Shown here in pieces: positions 13,250-26,569 of a stretch of DNA of 64,000 nucleotides. The notes under the pieces are model-generated. The model worked only from the letters and a program-made list of their open reading frames with translations. It searched no databases and was not told the DNA's origin. Location: the NCBI RefSeq assembly GCF_006345805.1, contig NC_043003.1, positions 80,786,001 through 80,850,000 of the forward strand, read 5' to 3'. Origin of the DNA: Octopus sinensis. Its lineage: Eukaryota. A program made the translations under genes and the position numbers. Positions within the stretch are counted from its first letter, which is position 1. Every line of letters starts with the position of its first letter.

Positions 13250-13255
<6 letters not shown>
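12855..13255 (+). mobile_element. Dong family A 3' end (right part of the element split by Gypsy)
   Basis: Resumes at (I)VVRDH...CYIIDVS and carries the family A 3' UTR (agctgcgctcggtagtg...actactgaataat) followed by (TAA)n. Confidence 0.8.
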
Positions 13256-13307
<52 letters not shown>

Positions 13308-13605
13308 TGTAATCACCGTGACCGACCAGGCTATCAGATGTTGCAACACATCGCTGTTCACAATACGCTTCGCATAGTTTTAGCCTTCAAATGACGCCAT
13401 CACGTTGGCTAAGCGAGTAGGCCAACAGAGGAAAGTTGCGACGAAAGAGTGCAGCAAGAATCGCCACCCCCAATGCAGGAGACTCGTTGAGCTTTAAGTG
13501 TTTTCGCTCCATAAATATTCACAACGCCCGGTCTGGGAATCGGAACCGAGATCCTACGACCGCGAATCCGCTGCCCTAACCACTGGACCATTGTGCCTCA
13601 CATAT

Positions 13606-13645
<40 letters not shown>

Positions 13646-13715
13646 TAATAATAATAATAATAATAATAATATAATAATAATAATAATAATAATAATATTA
13701 GTAATAATATTAATT
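13256..13715. repeat. (TAA)n array interrupted by a SINE
   Basis: Directly visible. Confidence 0.9.
13314..13601 (-). mobile_element. tRNA-derived SINE, family S2
   Basis: Reverse complement of the 48425 copy, with A-box and B-box. 9 bp duplication atatgtaat at 13305-13313 and 13602-13610. Confidence 0.9.
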
Positions 13716-13729
13716 AATTAAATGACATG

Positions 13730-15040
13730 AGTATACCTTGCGATCACAATATAGCGGTGAAAGAATTTGACAAGATATAAAGACTTGCTAATATAAATTG
13801 AAAAAAATGTGGAATCACAAAGCCACTACAGTACCAGTGATTGAAGGATCTATAGGAATGATAAAAAAAAGGTACTGAAACCTATTTAAAAACGATACCA
13901 GGCTTACCATCCCTACAGGAAGTGCAGAAACTCGTGTTAACTGAAACGACTCATGTACTGAGAAGAGCATTATCGCTGTGAAAACAACATCCATTCGTGA
14001 ATTTATTTATTTTTTAAAATCATATTCTACCTGTGAATTTGCGTGTGTAATCAGGGAATGCATACAATGAGCTTCTCTGCCCTAGGTGTAAGGAAAATGC
14101 TCGGTGAGAAATGGAAGAATATTTGAAGAAAGAGGGGAAAAAATATTAAAAATAATATCTTGAAATGTAACGACTGCATGCTAAACCTCTTTGAAAACCA
14201 CGAAAGACGTAAGAACCATCATTACTGTCATGAAGGAGAGCAAAAAATTTGCTAGTGAATCCATGCATAATACCAACGTTATATAATATGATGGAAGTGC
14301 GGCAATTGCTTTTGAAAAGAAAGTGACATGAATGGCAAAGCAAAAAAACGTTTGAACAATTGGCAGATAGATGGGAACAAAATCTTCTGCATGGAAAATA
14401 TGCCTATAGCAACCAAGCTGATGTAGACCAGAAGGCACACACATCAGTGGCTCCGGAGCTCTATGGTTAAAGACAGACAGAAAAGGCTCTAGCTTTGCAG
14501 CACAAGATCAGAGTTTATTGACCCAGAACTACCAAGCCAATGTGATGGAAAATGGAGTGGACTCAAAGTGCAGATATTGTAACGATGAGAATGAAACAAT
14601 AGCCCACCTAATCTCTGCTGACAAATGATACGTGCACAACCCTGAGGTTGTAACTGGTGGGTGTGGATGTAACTATTCTTTGGTACTTTCCAGTACATAC
14701 AGACCGCACCATCACAGCTAATAAACCAGATGTTGCTGTGAAAGACAAAAGCGAAAAAGAATGTTTGTCGATTAATATGAACAAACCTTGTGATCATAAT
14801 ATCCCGGCAAAAGAATTTGAGAAGCTCAGAAAATATAAAGATTTGCTGATTGAAATCGAAAAGATGCAACATCTCAAGACGGTTACAATACCAGTGATTT
14901 TAGGAGCGCTTGGAATGATCAAAAATGCAATTAAAAATTATTTCAAGATAATCCCTGGCTAACAATCCATAGAAGTAGTGCAAGAGATTGTCTTAACGGG
15001 TGCGTCACACGTACTGAGAACAGCATCGTCAATGTGAATT
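13730..15040 (+). mobile_element. Two tandem fragments of Dong family B (3' end 13730-14145; C-terminal coding 14170-15040)
   Basis: 3' UTR nearly matches 59160-59340. RWEQNLLHGKYA, KPDVAVKDKSEKECLSINM and IPVILGALG match ORFs 57503-59178. Confidence 0.85.
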
Positions 15041-15379
15041 TTCTTTCATTTTCCCCCTTTTTTTTGTTTACTTGCTTTCATTTTTCTTTTCCTTTATTTC
15101 TCTTTGTCTTTTACATTCCTTGTTCTATCACATGACTTTGTAAATGAGACATCAGGTATTTTTTAACGTCCTACTAATGTATACAATGAGTTTCTTTTAC
15201 CTGGGTGTCTGAAAGATACTCGGCAAGAAATGGAAACAGAACTGAAAAAGATTTTAACAATTATAATAGTATTTTTTTTCAGTAGTAGTAGTAGTAGTAG
15301 TAGTATGCACAATAGAGAAATGGGAATTTTAAAATAGCAAAAGAGAGAAATAAAGAAAATGATTACCAAGACTGGAATA

Positions 15380-16140
15380 ACGTTGAAAGTACACAAAATT
15401 TGACTTAAATAATTGTGCCAAGGCAACATAGAGACATTGAACTAGTTAAGAGTAACAGCATCACACTAGATTAAGCAAAAGAAATAAGAGAATTAGACCA
15501 AAGACAGGCATACAAATACTTAGGAATCAATGCACTGGTTACGATACAACATACACAATTGAAAGAGATGATGAGAAAAGAATAATATAGATGAATACTA
15601 TATACTGAAAACAGAGCTCAATGCGAAAAACGGGATAATAGGTATCCTTACTCTAGCTATTTCAGTTATAAGTTACAGCTACAATATCCTTAACTGGACA
15701 CTAAATGAACTAATCAAAATAGACGGAAGATGAGAAAAATAATGACATGAATTAGGTTGCACCATCCAAAATCTGACATAGAAGGGTTATATATACAACG
15801 TATCTAAGGTGGTTCAGGCCTTATACAGCTAGTGATATATTTCAAGATAGCCACCATAGGACTACAGAAATGCCTACTTCGGAAGCAAGGAATGCTAATA
15901 CAAATAGCCACAAAACACGAAAAAAAAAAGCAAACTGTTTTCAGTCTTTAAGGAAGCTTACAAATACAAAAAGGAAGCCATAGTAACTGACAACTCTGAA
16001 GAAAAAGAGAAACAAGAAAAGCTGTAACACAACTGTAAAACTGAAACAGCAGCAGATCATGATAAAACGATGGAAAGGAAAGCCCTTATATAGCAAATAC
16101 TGGATTACACCAAACAAGAGAAATAGCGAAAACAAAATCC
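15380..16140 (+). mobile_element. Dong family A RT/thumb fragment
   Basis: Nucleotide similarity to the reverse complement of 19200-19900 (LVKSNSITLD, YKYLGI, LKTELNAK, HHPKSDIEGLYI). Confidence 0.8.
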
Positions 16141-16149
16141 CAACAAGTG

Positions 16150-17360
16150 CATCTTTTATGTACCACCGTAGGCTCTTTTCTACTGCTTCGATATAGTGCT
16201 GGCAGCCGATCAAACTTCTCCCACCATTTCTTCTGGGCAAGTACAGCCTATCGGTGTCAATGTTAACAAGTTTTCCTCTTTTCAATGTTGCCTTGAGGTT
16301 GTTTCTTCGCCCACCATATTTCCTCCACTTCTGCTGTTGGTCCTGCATTGATCCTTATATTATCTTTGCTAAGTTCTTGGTAGAATTTTTTCGGGTGGGA
16401 GTTGAACTGTTTCAATTGTTCAAAGAAACGTTGGCGTTTCTAATACCGGCGGGTTCTTTGTGCTTTGGCGAGGAGATCTTGCTTTAACTGTTCTTTTACT
16501 GGTACTCTACAATTTCCATGTTATATGTTATTCATCTCTTACCACCTGCTATTGCTGTTTCACTCTGCATCTGCTCCTTTTTTCATTATGTATATCTGAA
16601 TTTCTTCAATCTCTACTGCAGTAATCAAGTCATTCCTATGGATTGCTCTTGCTTGGTCTATCAGTCGCTGAGCGCATACTTCAAAACTTCTTTTTTCACC
16701 CCATATTCTTTCATTTGATTCATGAAGCCACTTTCATTTGTCTCACTTCTCAACCAGAATTCGAAAACTTTTTCTGTTTAGATCTTTTTCTTTTGCACAG
16801 ACTACGATTTCGGTCCAGATCAATAGTTTAATGACGACCTGTCGGAGATTGATCAGTTACTCCTGCGTGCTGTACGTGACACCTTCGCTATTAACAGTTC
16901 AAGTCCCGTTAGCGCAGACGTGCTTATTATTTAATTTATTTAGAGGCAGCATTTGTAAGGTTGCACAATCACCAGTATTTTTATCGTGACATCATCACTA
17001 GGTGGATTGCTAGCTAAGGCTCTGAGATTGTACACCTACCCTAGTGTACACTGTTTTAGTGCCATTCTCTTCCAATCCGTTATATTATATCTTTGTGTTT
17101 GATATTTACTCTCCTGAGAAGTTTGATATTGAGGTAACACAACCTTCGATGTTTTTATTGAGTCACATTTTCTTGAAGGGTTGCCGACCAAGCCTTAACC
17201 ATATTAGACCAAGACTTAAACCTTTTAAACGCCAATCTTGTATTTCAAGGTCTCGCGGTGGGTTAGTGGTGCTACACTTCGCCCGAAGGTGACCTGAAGG
17301 TAGTTGTGGTGAAAGGAAATCTTAGTTCTTGTGTTTGACTGAGTTGGTGGGAAGGCCGTT
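16150..17360 (-). mobile_element. Mosaic of Dong-like fragments (RT piece, N-terminal pieces, probable 5' UTR of another family G)
   Basis: DTDRLYLPRRNGGRSLI and LKATLKRGKLVN; family A-like N-terminal piece at 16330-16530; QRLIDQARAIHRNDLITAVEIEEI at ~16600-16690. Abuts (TAA)n at 17370. Confidence 0.65.
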
Positions 17361-17365
17361 CATAA

Positions 17366-17410
<45 letters not shown>

Positions 17411-17440
17411 TATATTATTATTATTATTATTATTATTATT

Positions 17441-18030
17441 GAGTGAGATAGCAGTGCATGCCATCAAGGTGACACTGGGGTAAAATTTACGAAGCCCAGT
17501 ATACCCATTATGACTACCCGTCATGGTGATCTCATATCAAGATAAACAACGCATGACCTTGCAGGTGGGGCCCAGATAGAATTTTTTTCTGGTCGAGTAG
17601 CCCATCCCGCTCAAAAAGTCTCTGAATAAGGGTTGTTTAAGGATGTTGAACGAAGCACCCATTTTCCAAAGGCGAATTATCTAAACCTCCAAGAATTCCT
17701 TTCAACACATGCGTATGATGTTCCCCCACTACTTCTGCTCGTTATCAGAGATGCACATATCGTCAGCCACTAAGGGACATGCTCAACTAGTTATGGTCAA
17801 ACAACGGACAAGCAAATCTGTGGTATTGAGTAGAATATTTGCTGTAGCTCATCTTGTATACCAAGACAAAACAATGTACATGATAACACTTCCAATCAGT
17901 TAAGATCAGAAGCCATGAGAGCCAGTGCCTGGTACTGCATCAGGGCTTTTACCTGGTACTGCATCAGGGCATCTGCCTGGTACTGCATCATGGCGTTTAT
18001 CTGGTACTGCATCAGAGCATCTGCCATCAG
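17441..18030 (-). mobile_element. Non-coding element X, copy 1 (about 47 bp internal deletion; 4 x 24 nt terminal repeats)
   Basis: High identity to 22452-23143; flanked by (ATT)n on both sides. Confidence 0.85.
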
Positions 18031-18037
18031 TATTATT

Positions 18038-18111
<74 letters not shown>

Positions 18112-18329
18112 TAGTCTTATTTTTTATAGCGTGCTTTCACTTCACTACCGAGCGCAGCTCTGTGTGCCTTGGGTATGTGCTGTGATTTGTTGTGATGCTC
18201 TGATGGTTATTGTATGGAAAGTGTTCTGCGTAGGATGTGTGCAGTGCCTAGTAGTGCAATTTTCTGTATGTTATATTTGTTTGTAAGTCCTGTTGTTTTT
18301 GTTAAGTATTTGTCTGAATATTTTTTATC

Positions 18330-21300
18330 ATGTTTAATGCACCTACTATGATAGGAATTATTTCTATTTTTAAGTTCCACATTCTGGTTACCTCTATTTC
18401 CAGGTCTTTGTATTTTGAAAGTTTCTCCATTTCTTTTAGAGACACGTTGTCATCTGCCGGAGCTAGCAGAATCGTTAGCACGTCGGGCGAAATGCTTAGC
18501 GGTATTTCGTCTGCCGTTACGTTGTGAGTTCAAATTCCGCCGAGGTCGACTTTGCCTTTCATCCTTTCGGGGTCGATAAATTAAGTACCAGTTAAGCACT
18601 GGTGTCGATATAATCGACTTAATACCTATGTCTGTCCATGTTTGTCCCCTCTATGTTCAGCCCCTTGTGGGTAATAAAGAAATAGGTAGTGATACATCAA
18701 TTAGAATGCATTTTTTTCCTTCATGATCTCTGACAACTATATCTGGTCTGTTGGCCTTAATTTCTCTATCTGTGTGTATCGGCATATCCCAGAGTATGGT
18801 TGCTTTCTCGTTTTCTTTGACCTTTTCTGGTGTGTGCCTATACCATCTTTTTTCTGTTGTTATTCCATAACGCTGGCATAGCTTCCAGTGTATGAAGGTT
18901 CCAACTCTGTCATGTCTGTGAATATATTCCTTCTTAGCCAGGACTGGGCAACCAGAGATAAGATGATTTATTGTTTCTTGTCCATCTCCACATATTCTGC
19001 AGTTACTTGTTATATTTCTTTTCATTACATGTTTTTGGTAATTTCTGGTGGGGAGGCTTTGGTCTTGTGCTGCAATTAAAAATCCCTCTGTCTGTGCTTT
19101 GAGTCCTGAGCTTCTCAACCATTGCTGGGATTTGTTTTTGTCTGTTTCTTTTGCATTATTTTAGTCCAGTATTTACCGTGGAAGGGTTTTTCTTGTCATC
19201 GTTTTATCATGGTTCTTTGCTGTTCTAGTTTTAGTTTGGATTTCATTTGTTTTATAGCTTTTGTTGTTTCTTCATCTTCTTCTTTATATTTTTTAGGTGG
19301 TATGATTTCTTGTTTGTATTTGTCAGCTTCCTTAAATACTGAGAACAGTTTTTTGTTTTGCTCTTGTTTTGCTGCTATCTGGATCAGTTTTCCTTCCTTC
19401 TGAAGTAGGTATTTTTGCAGTCCTATGGTGGTTATTTTATAGTAGTTTTCCAGCTGTATAAGGCCTCTACCACCTTCTATACGTTGTATATATAGCCTTT
19501 CTATGTCAGAGTTTGGTTGATGCATCCTAGACCCTGTCATTATTTTTCTTGTTTTCCTATCTATTTTGGTCAGTTCATTTAGTGTCCAGTTAAGGATATT
19601 GTAGCTGTAACTTATAACTAGGACAGCTAAAGTGTTAATACCTATTATCTTGGTTTTAGCATTGAGCTCTGTTTTTAGTATTGATCTAAATCGTCTATAA
19701 TATTCTTTTTTTATTTTCTCTTTCATTTGTGTGTGTTGTGTCTTATCTAGTTCATGGATTCCTAAGGATTTGTAAGTTTGACTTTGGTCTAATTCTTTTA
19801 TTTCATTGGTTTTATCTAGTGTGATGTTGCTACTCTTAACTAGTTTTCCTCTTTTCATGGTTACTTTGGCCCATTTTTCTAATCCAAATTTCATATCTAT
19901 TTCTTTGGTAAATCCATGAACTGTCTTTAATAACTGTTTGTCATTTGCAGCGTATAGTTTTAGGTCATCCATATATAAAAGGTGGCTGATCGTTTTGCCG
20001 TAACATTTATATCCGCATCCAGTTCCATCTAGCATATCAGATAGAGGTGACAGTGCCAAGCAGAAAAGGAGTGGAGAGAGCGTGTCTCCCTGGAATATTC
20101 CTCTTCTAATGGGGATGGCTTTGGTTTTCATGAGTCCCTCTTTTGTTTGGAGCTGTGGCACTGTTTGCCATTTATTCATAGAGTGCCCAATGAATTTTAT
20201 AATTGTTGTGCTACTTTGTTAATGGCTAGTGTTTCGAGGATCCATGTGTGGGGGATGCTATCAAACGTCTTTTTGTAGTCAATCCAGGCTATTCTGAGGC
20301 CTTTCTTCTTTCTGTGGCTGTCTTCAGTTATGGCTTTATTGATCATTAGTTGATCTTTACAGCCGTATGAGCCTTTGCAGCATCCTTTCTGCTCTTCTGG
20401 AAACAGGTTGTTTTCGTCTAGGTGCTTGTTCAACCTTTGCGATATCACTGCAGTAAATGCCTTGTACATCGTAGGGAGACAGGTTATTGGTCTGTAGTTT
20501 TCTGGTTTTGCTGTCTCATTTGATTTGGGAATTAAGATGGTTTCCCATCGTGAGCCATTCAGGCATTGTCTCTGGCTCTGCTTGTATGTTGTTAAAATTT
20601 TCAGCCAGCTTTTTGTGCATTCCCGTTAGATATTTCAACCAGACGTTGGGGATCTTGTCATGCCCATGTGCCTTCCAGTTGCTTAGTCTTTGCAGTGCCT
20701 GGGTGACCTCTTCAGTTGTTATGGGGGTCCAAAGTTGCTCAGATGCTGAGTTTTTTATTTCAATACTCCTTTTTTTTGGTTGTTCGTTCGCCGACCATAT
20801 TTCTCCCCAGAATTCTTCCACTTCTTCTGCCGTTGGTGCTGCAGTGATTTCTATTTCATTTTTGACAAGTTCTTGGTAGAACTTTTTGGGATTGGAGTTG
20901 AACTTTTTGTTTTGTTCAAAGAAGCGCTGGCGTTTCTCGTACCGGCGGATCCTTTGTGCTTTGGCAAAGATATCTTGCTTTAGCTTTTCTTTTATCTCAG
21001 GTAAATCTTTTTGTGTGATGTATTTGCGGAGTATTTTTGTTTTCTTTTTGTTGCTCAGTAGCGTTGATTGTCTACTGATTTCATTAAGAATCGACAAATC
21101 GTTTCTTATTTTTTGTATTCTGTTTTGGATGTTATTTATCCACAGGGTTTGTTTGGGTGGTGGTACTCCTGTTTGGGCGGGTTTGAGTGAGTATCCAGCT
21201 TCTTTTGTGGCTGTAGTGGCTACTGCGTATACTAAGTTCTTTAGCTCAGTAATATCGCTTTTTGTTTCAGTGGCTATTAGTTCAGTGACGGCTAGGTTAA

Positions 21301-21959
21301 TGCTGTTTATAATTGGTGTTGTTGTTTCGTCTATTCTGATTTTTGGGAGGTATGGTCGGTGGTCCATTTTGAGCTCTGTGGTTTTTAGTTCTTTGATTAT
21401 TCTACTTTTTATATTATCATATTCATTAGGCTCTCCTTCATTGTTTCCAGGTTTTAGATTTGTGTCGTTTTCTTTCTTATTTTTATGTTTGTTTGTCGTG
21501 TTGGGAGTGTTACATTTGTCTTTTGTGTTTTACTGTTTCAATGTTTAAATTATTGGGCATTGTTGTCTGGCTTCTATCTATATTTTCCTGATGTATTTTT
21601 TCTTTTAGATGTTCTATTTCTATTTCTGATATTTTTTTTGCGTTGAGAATATATCTCCGTATATTTGCTAGTTTCTTAGGGTTCATTGCTATATCCAAGT
21701 CTATATTTATGTTGTTTTCCTTCCATATTTTATATGTATGTGTTGTTGTGTTTTCATTCTTTGGGTAGTGCACTGCTGTAAAATAGGCATGTAGGATAGA
21801 AATGTATTCCTCACGTGTCCATTTATGTCTTTTGGGTTTTATTTGCGGAACATGAGGAACAACGTCTGGCTCATTATTTTGACGGTCGTCATTTTCGTAG
21901 GGTACCGGTCCGTTCCTTTCTGTTGTCACATTGTTTTGCACGTTGAGTTTTTCGTACAT
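18330..21959 (-). pseudogene. Disrupted single ORF of family A (N-terminal domain, RT, CCHC knuckle, REL endonuclease)
   Basis: Several frameshifts or stops between the ORF-track pieces, plus a SINE insertion inside the endonuclease domain. Confidence 0.9.
18457..18687 (+). mobile_element. SINE S1 inserted into the family A endonuclease domain
   Basis: Matches 9067-9296. Removing it restores IDVSLP-ADDNVS. Confidence 0.9.
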
Positions 21960-22311
21960 TTTATGTTGTAAGTTTAATGTACGTACTTCCCGATTGCTAT
22001 TCTTGGGTTGAATAATATCGGTGTTTTTTAATTTCTTCGTAGTTTTTTGTACATAGTGTTTGGGGTCGGAGATGATATGGTGTTGATGGGTGGTAATGTT
22101 TCGCGCATGTTTACATGTGTTGTGTTCGAGGTGGAGATGCTATCGAGTTAAAATACCTCATTTCGTTTCGCAAATAGTAATAAATTTCAATGGGTATCAC
22201 TTATTCAGATATAGTCCAATCGTTTGTCAGTAAATTTTTGGCTCCATACGATGTCTTTGTATTCGATGTTTGTGGATAGATTTCGGAGCGCTGTTTTAAC
22301 GCTCTCACATA

Positions 22312-22403
22312 TTTAACGTCCCCGGTGTAATCTCCGTTTAACGTCCGCGGTGTAATCTCGTTTTAACGTCCCCGGTGTAATCTCGTTTAACGTCCCCGGT
22401 GTA

Positions 22404-22404
<1 letters not shown>
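22312..22404. repeat. 4 tandem 23-25 nt units (ttaacgtccccggtgtaatctcg) at the LINE 5' terminus
   Basis: Directly visible. Confidence 0.9.
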
Positions 22405-22451
<47 letters not shown>

Positions 22452-23143
22452 GAGTGAGAGAGCAGTTCATGCCATCAAAGTGACACTGGGGTAAAATATA
22501 CGAAGCCCAATATACCCATCATGACTACCCGTCTGATAAAGGTACACCAGGCACATGCATCACAACCATATGTGCGCGACATGGTGATCTCATATCAAGA
22601 TAAACAGCGCATGACCTTGCAGGTGGGGCCCAGTTAGAATTTTCTTCAGGTTGAGTAGCCCATCCCGCTCAAACGGTCCCTGAATAAGGGTTGCTTAAGG
22701 ATGTTGAAAGAACCACCCATGTTTCCAGAGGTGAACTATTCAAACCCCAAAGAATCCCTTTCAACACATGGCTATGATGCTCCCCCACTACTTCTGCTCA
22801 TGATCAGAGATGCACATATCGTCAGCCACTAAAGGACATGCTCAACTGGTTAAGGTCAAACAACTGACAAGCAAATCTGTGGTATTGAGCAGAATATTTG
22901 CTGTAGCCCATCTTTTATACCAAGACAAAACAATGTACATGATAACACTTCCAATCAGTTAAGATCAGAAGCCATGAGAGCCACTGCCTGGTACTGCATC
23001 AGGGCATTTATACTGCATCAGGGCATTGGTACTGCATCAGGGCATTTATACTGCATCAGGGCATTTATACTGCATCAGGGCATTGGTACTGCATCAGGAC
23101 ATTTATACTGCATCAGGGCATTGGTACTGCATCAGGGTATTTA
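22452..23143 (-). mobile_element. Non-coding element X, copy 2 (540 bp body plus 8 x 19 nt terminal repeats at 22992-23143)
   Basis: Units tactgcatcagggcattta and tactgcatcagggcattgg; flanked by (ATT)n on both sides. Confidence 0.9.
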
Positions 23144-23180
<37 letters not shown>

Positions 23181-23191
23181 TGTTGTTGTTG

Positions 23192-23260
<69 letters not shown>

Positions 23261-23285
23261 TATATTATTATTATTATTATTATTA

Positions 23286-23920
23286 TTTTAGTTTGGCTCA
23301 GGTTTCGTCTGATAACTGTTAGGATTTACGTGGGTAATAGTTTACCATCTGTAACCTTAGGTATCCACAAGTTTTCAGCTGCCTTTCAAGTGTTTAGAAC
23401 CCTCCTCATAATCTTTGCTTTTCCTAAGAGACAAACGTTCAGTGGGCCCTCTACCGAGCATTATATTGCAATCTCCTTCAGATATTAGTCGATATTTTTC
23501 TTTACTGTTCCCAATGCACCCATCGTTATAGGCACGACATTTACTGCTCTCATGATCCAATTCTTTCTATTCCACATTTTAAAGAATTGCATTTTTCTTG
23601 TTTTTCTTCCACTTTCTTAACGATCCTGGAATCGAACGGGCATGATGGGTCCATAAGTAAGCAACTTCGCTTTTTCTTGTCTATATTCGTTATGTCTGGT
23701 CTATTATTTTCTAATTTATTGTCCGTTTGAGTAGGAAAGTCCAAAATAATCTTTCATATCTCTGACTCCAGTACTCTTTCAACTCGGTAATTGTATCACG
23801 TGTTTTCAGCTTGAAATACCCGTTTCTGGCAGTTTCCGTGTATAGCATTTACAACCTGGACATGCCTTTATTTCTTATATTCTTCCTGTGCCAACTTGGG
23901 ATATTCTGCCACAATGTGCG
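23286..23920 (-). mobile_element. 5'-truncated Dong-like 3' end, family E
   Basis: NNRPDITNIDKKKRSCLLMDPSCPFD (ORF 23550-23744). Distinct 3' UTR (...gagccaaactaa) followed by (AAT)n. Confidence 0.8.
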
Positions 23921-24357
23921 CCACTATCACGTTCTAACTCCCACAGGCTCTACATTTTATATGGCACATTCTCTCTGTCTATATCTCTCTCTCTCTTTCT
24001 CTCCCTCTCTGTCTCTCTCTGTCTCTATCACAGTCTCTCTTTCTCTATTTTTTTTTAAAGTTTTTTTTTTTATCGCTTGATCTTGGGCTGCTACAAATAT
24101 GCTCTGTTTCTTATTGAATTGCCCCTTTTACTGAAGCCCAGGATTTTGTTCGACATACGTCTTCAGTGTCTCTCTCTAAAATTGGCAATGCAGCAGTTTC
24201 TCTTCAGTTTGTATGAGGTGCTGTCTCTGTATTAAATTCCTGTCCTTTTGTCCTATAACGCGCTTGATAACCTTATCTTTATTTACTGTCTTCATTAGTT
24301 TTCTGTGCTGCTGTGTAAATACTCTACTAGGCTTTTCGTTTCCATCTTTACAAAATT

Positions 24358-24404
<47 letters not shown>

Positions 24405-24470
24405 GCTACTGCTGCTGCGACTGCTGCTGCTACTGCTGCTGCTACTACTGCTACTGCTGCTGTTATTATT

Positions 24471-24866
24471 GAGTGAGAGAACAGTGTATGTCATCAAAGT
24501 GACACTTTGATAAAACATACGATGCTTAGTATACTCGTCATGACTACCCGTCTGATAAGGGTACATCAGGTACCTGCATCATAACCATATGCACGCGACA
24601 TGGTGATCTCATATCAAGGTAAGCAGTGCATGACCTTAGAGATTGAGCCCAGTTAGAGTTTTCTACAAGTTGAGTAACCCATCCCTCTCAAAAGGTCCCT
24701 GAATAAGGGTTGTTTAAATATGTTGAATGAATCCCCCATGTTTCCAAAGGCGAATTATCCAAACTCCAAGCAATTCTTCTCAACACATGGCTATGATTCT
24801 ACCCCACTACATCTGTTCGTGGTCAATGATGCACATATCGTCAGCCACACAGGGACATGCTCAACC
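24471..24866 (-). mobile_element. Element X, copy 3 (more diverged, 5'-truncated)
   Basis: Starts gagtgagagaacag after ttattatt, like copies 1 and 2; lacks the repeat-bearing end. Confidence 0.85.
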
Positions 24867-25087
24867 ATAATATCTGTTCCATTTACCTTTATAGCAGTAT
24901 AATTTGTATGCTGAAGTCTCAAACAGCTGTGATAGCATCATTTTCTACTAAGTATACAGCATATGATCTACCGCAAAACTAGCCAAATGCATCAATGCGA
25001 TTGGTATTATAATATATTAATTCAAAGCAAACATGAAGCATCCAGAAATGAGGAAGTGAATTGTTTCCTTGGCTGCAACACAAAAGC

Positions 25088-26190
<1,103 letters not shown>

Positions 26191-26254
26191 AGAAGCCATT
26201 AGCCATTAGCCATTATTATTATCATCATCATCATCATCATTATTATTATTATTA

Positions 26255-26292
<38 letters not shown>

Positions 26293-26569
26293 TATTATTA
26301 TTATTATTATTATTACTGTTGTTGTTGCTGTCATTATTATTGTCGTCGTCATCATCATCATCAGTAGTAGTAGTAGCAGTAGTAGTAGTAGTAAAAGGGT
26401 GAGAATCCTTTTTAAAATATCAACAAAAAATTGTTTTCTGTTATGAAAAGAATATAATAGGACTCGAGGAAAAACGCACTCACGTCCTGAATTATTCGAC
26501 CGTAGCAAAGGGTATGAAATTACTGTCCTCCTGTTTGACTGTAGTTCTACGATGAATAAGCAGTATAGA

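Larger units (their letters stand above)
18109..22404 (-). mobile_element. Near-full-length R4/Dong-clade LINE, family A
   Basis: Colinear ORF pieces 21959-21510, 21367-20516, 20469-20197, 20179-19196 (GIFQGDTLSP, LLYMDDLKLY) and 19118-18657 (CRICGDGQETINHLISGC, RPDIVVRD..IDVS). Has 3' UTR, 5' UTR with tandem repeats, and (TAA)n on both flanks. Confidence 0.95.

Noticed and set aside
17220-17360. HDV-like ribozyme at a putative LINE 5' end (also checked at 55560-55680 and at the X head)
   Set aside because: I could not build the P1/P1.1/P2/P3 double pseudoknot by eye; an RNArobo or Infernal search would be needed.
22974-23143. CRISPR-like or coding repeat array (ASGHLYCIR units)
   Set aside because: Contiguous 19 nt units with no spacers, in a eukaryotic context, with no cas genes.
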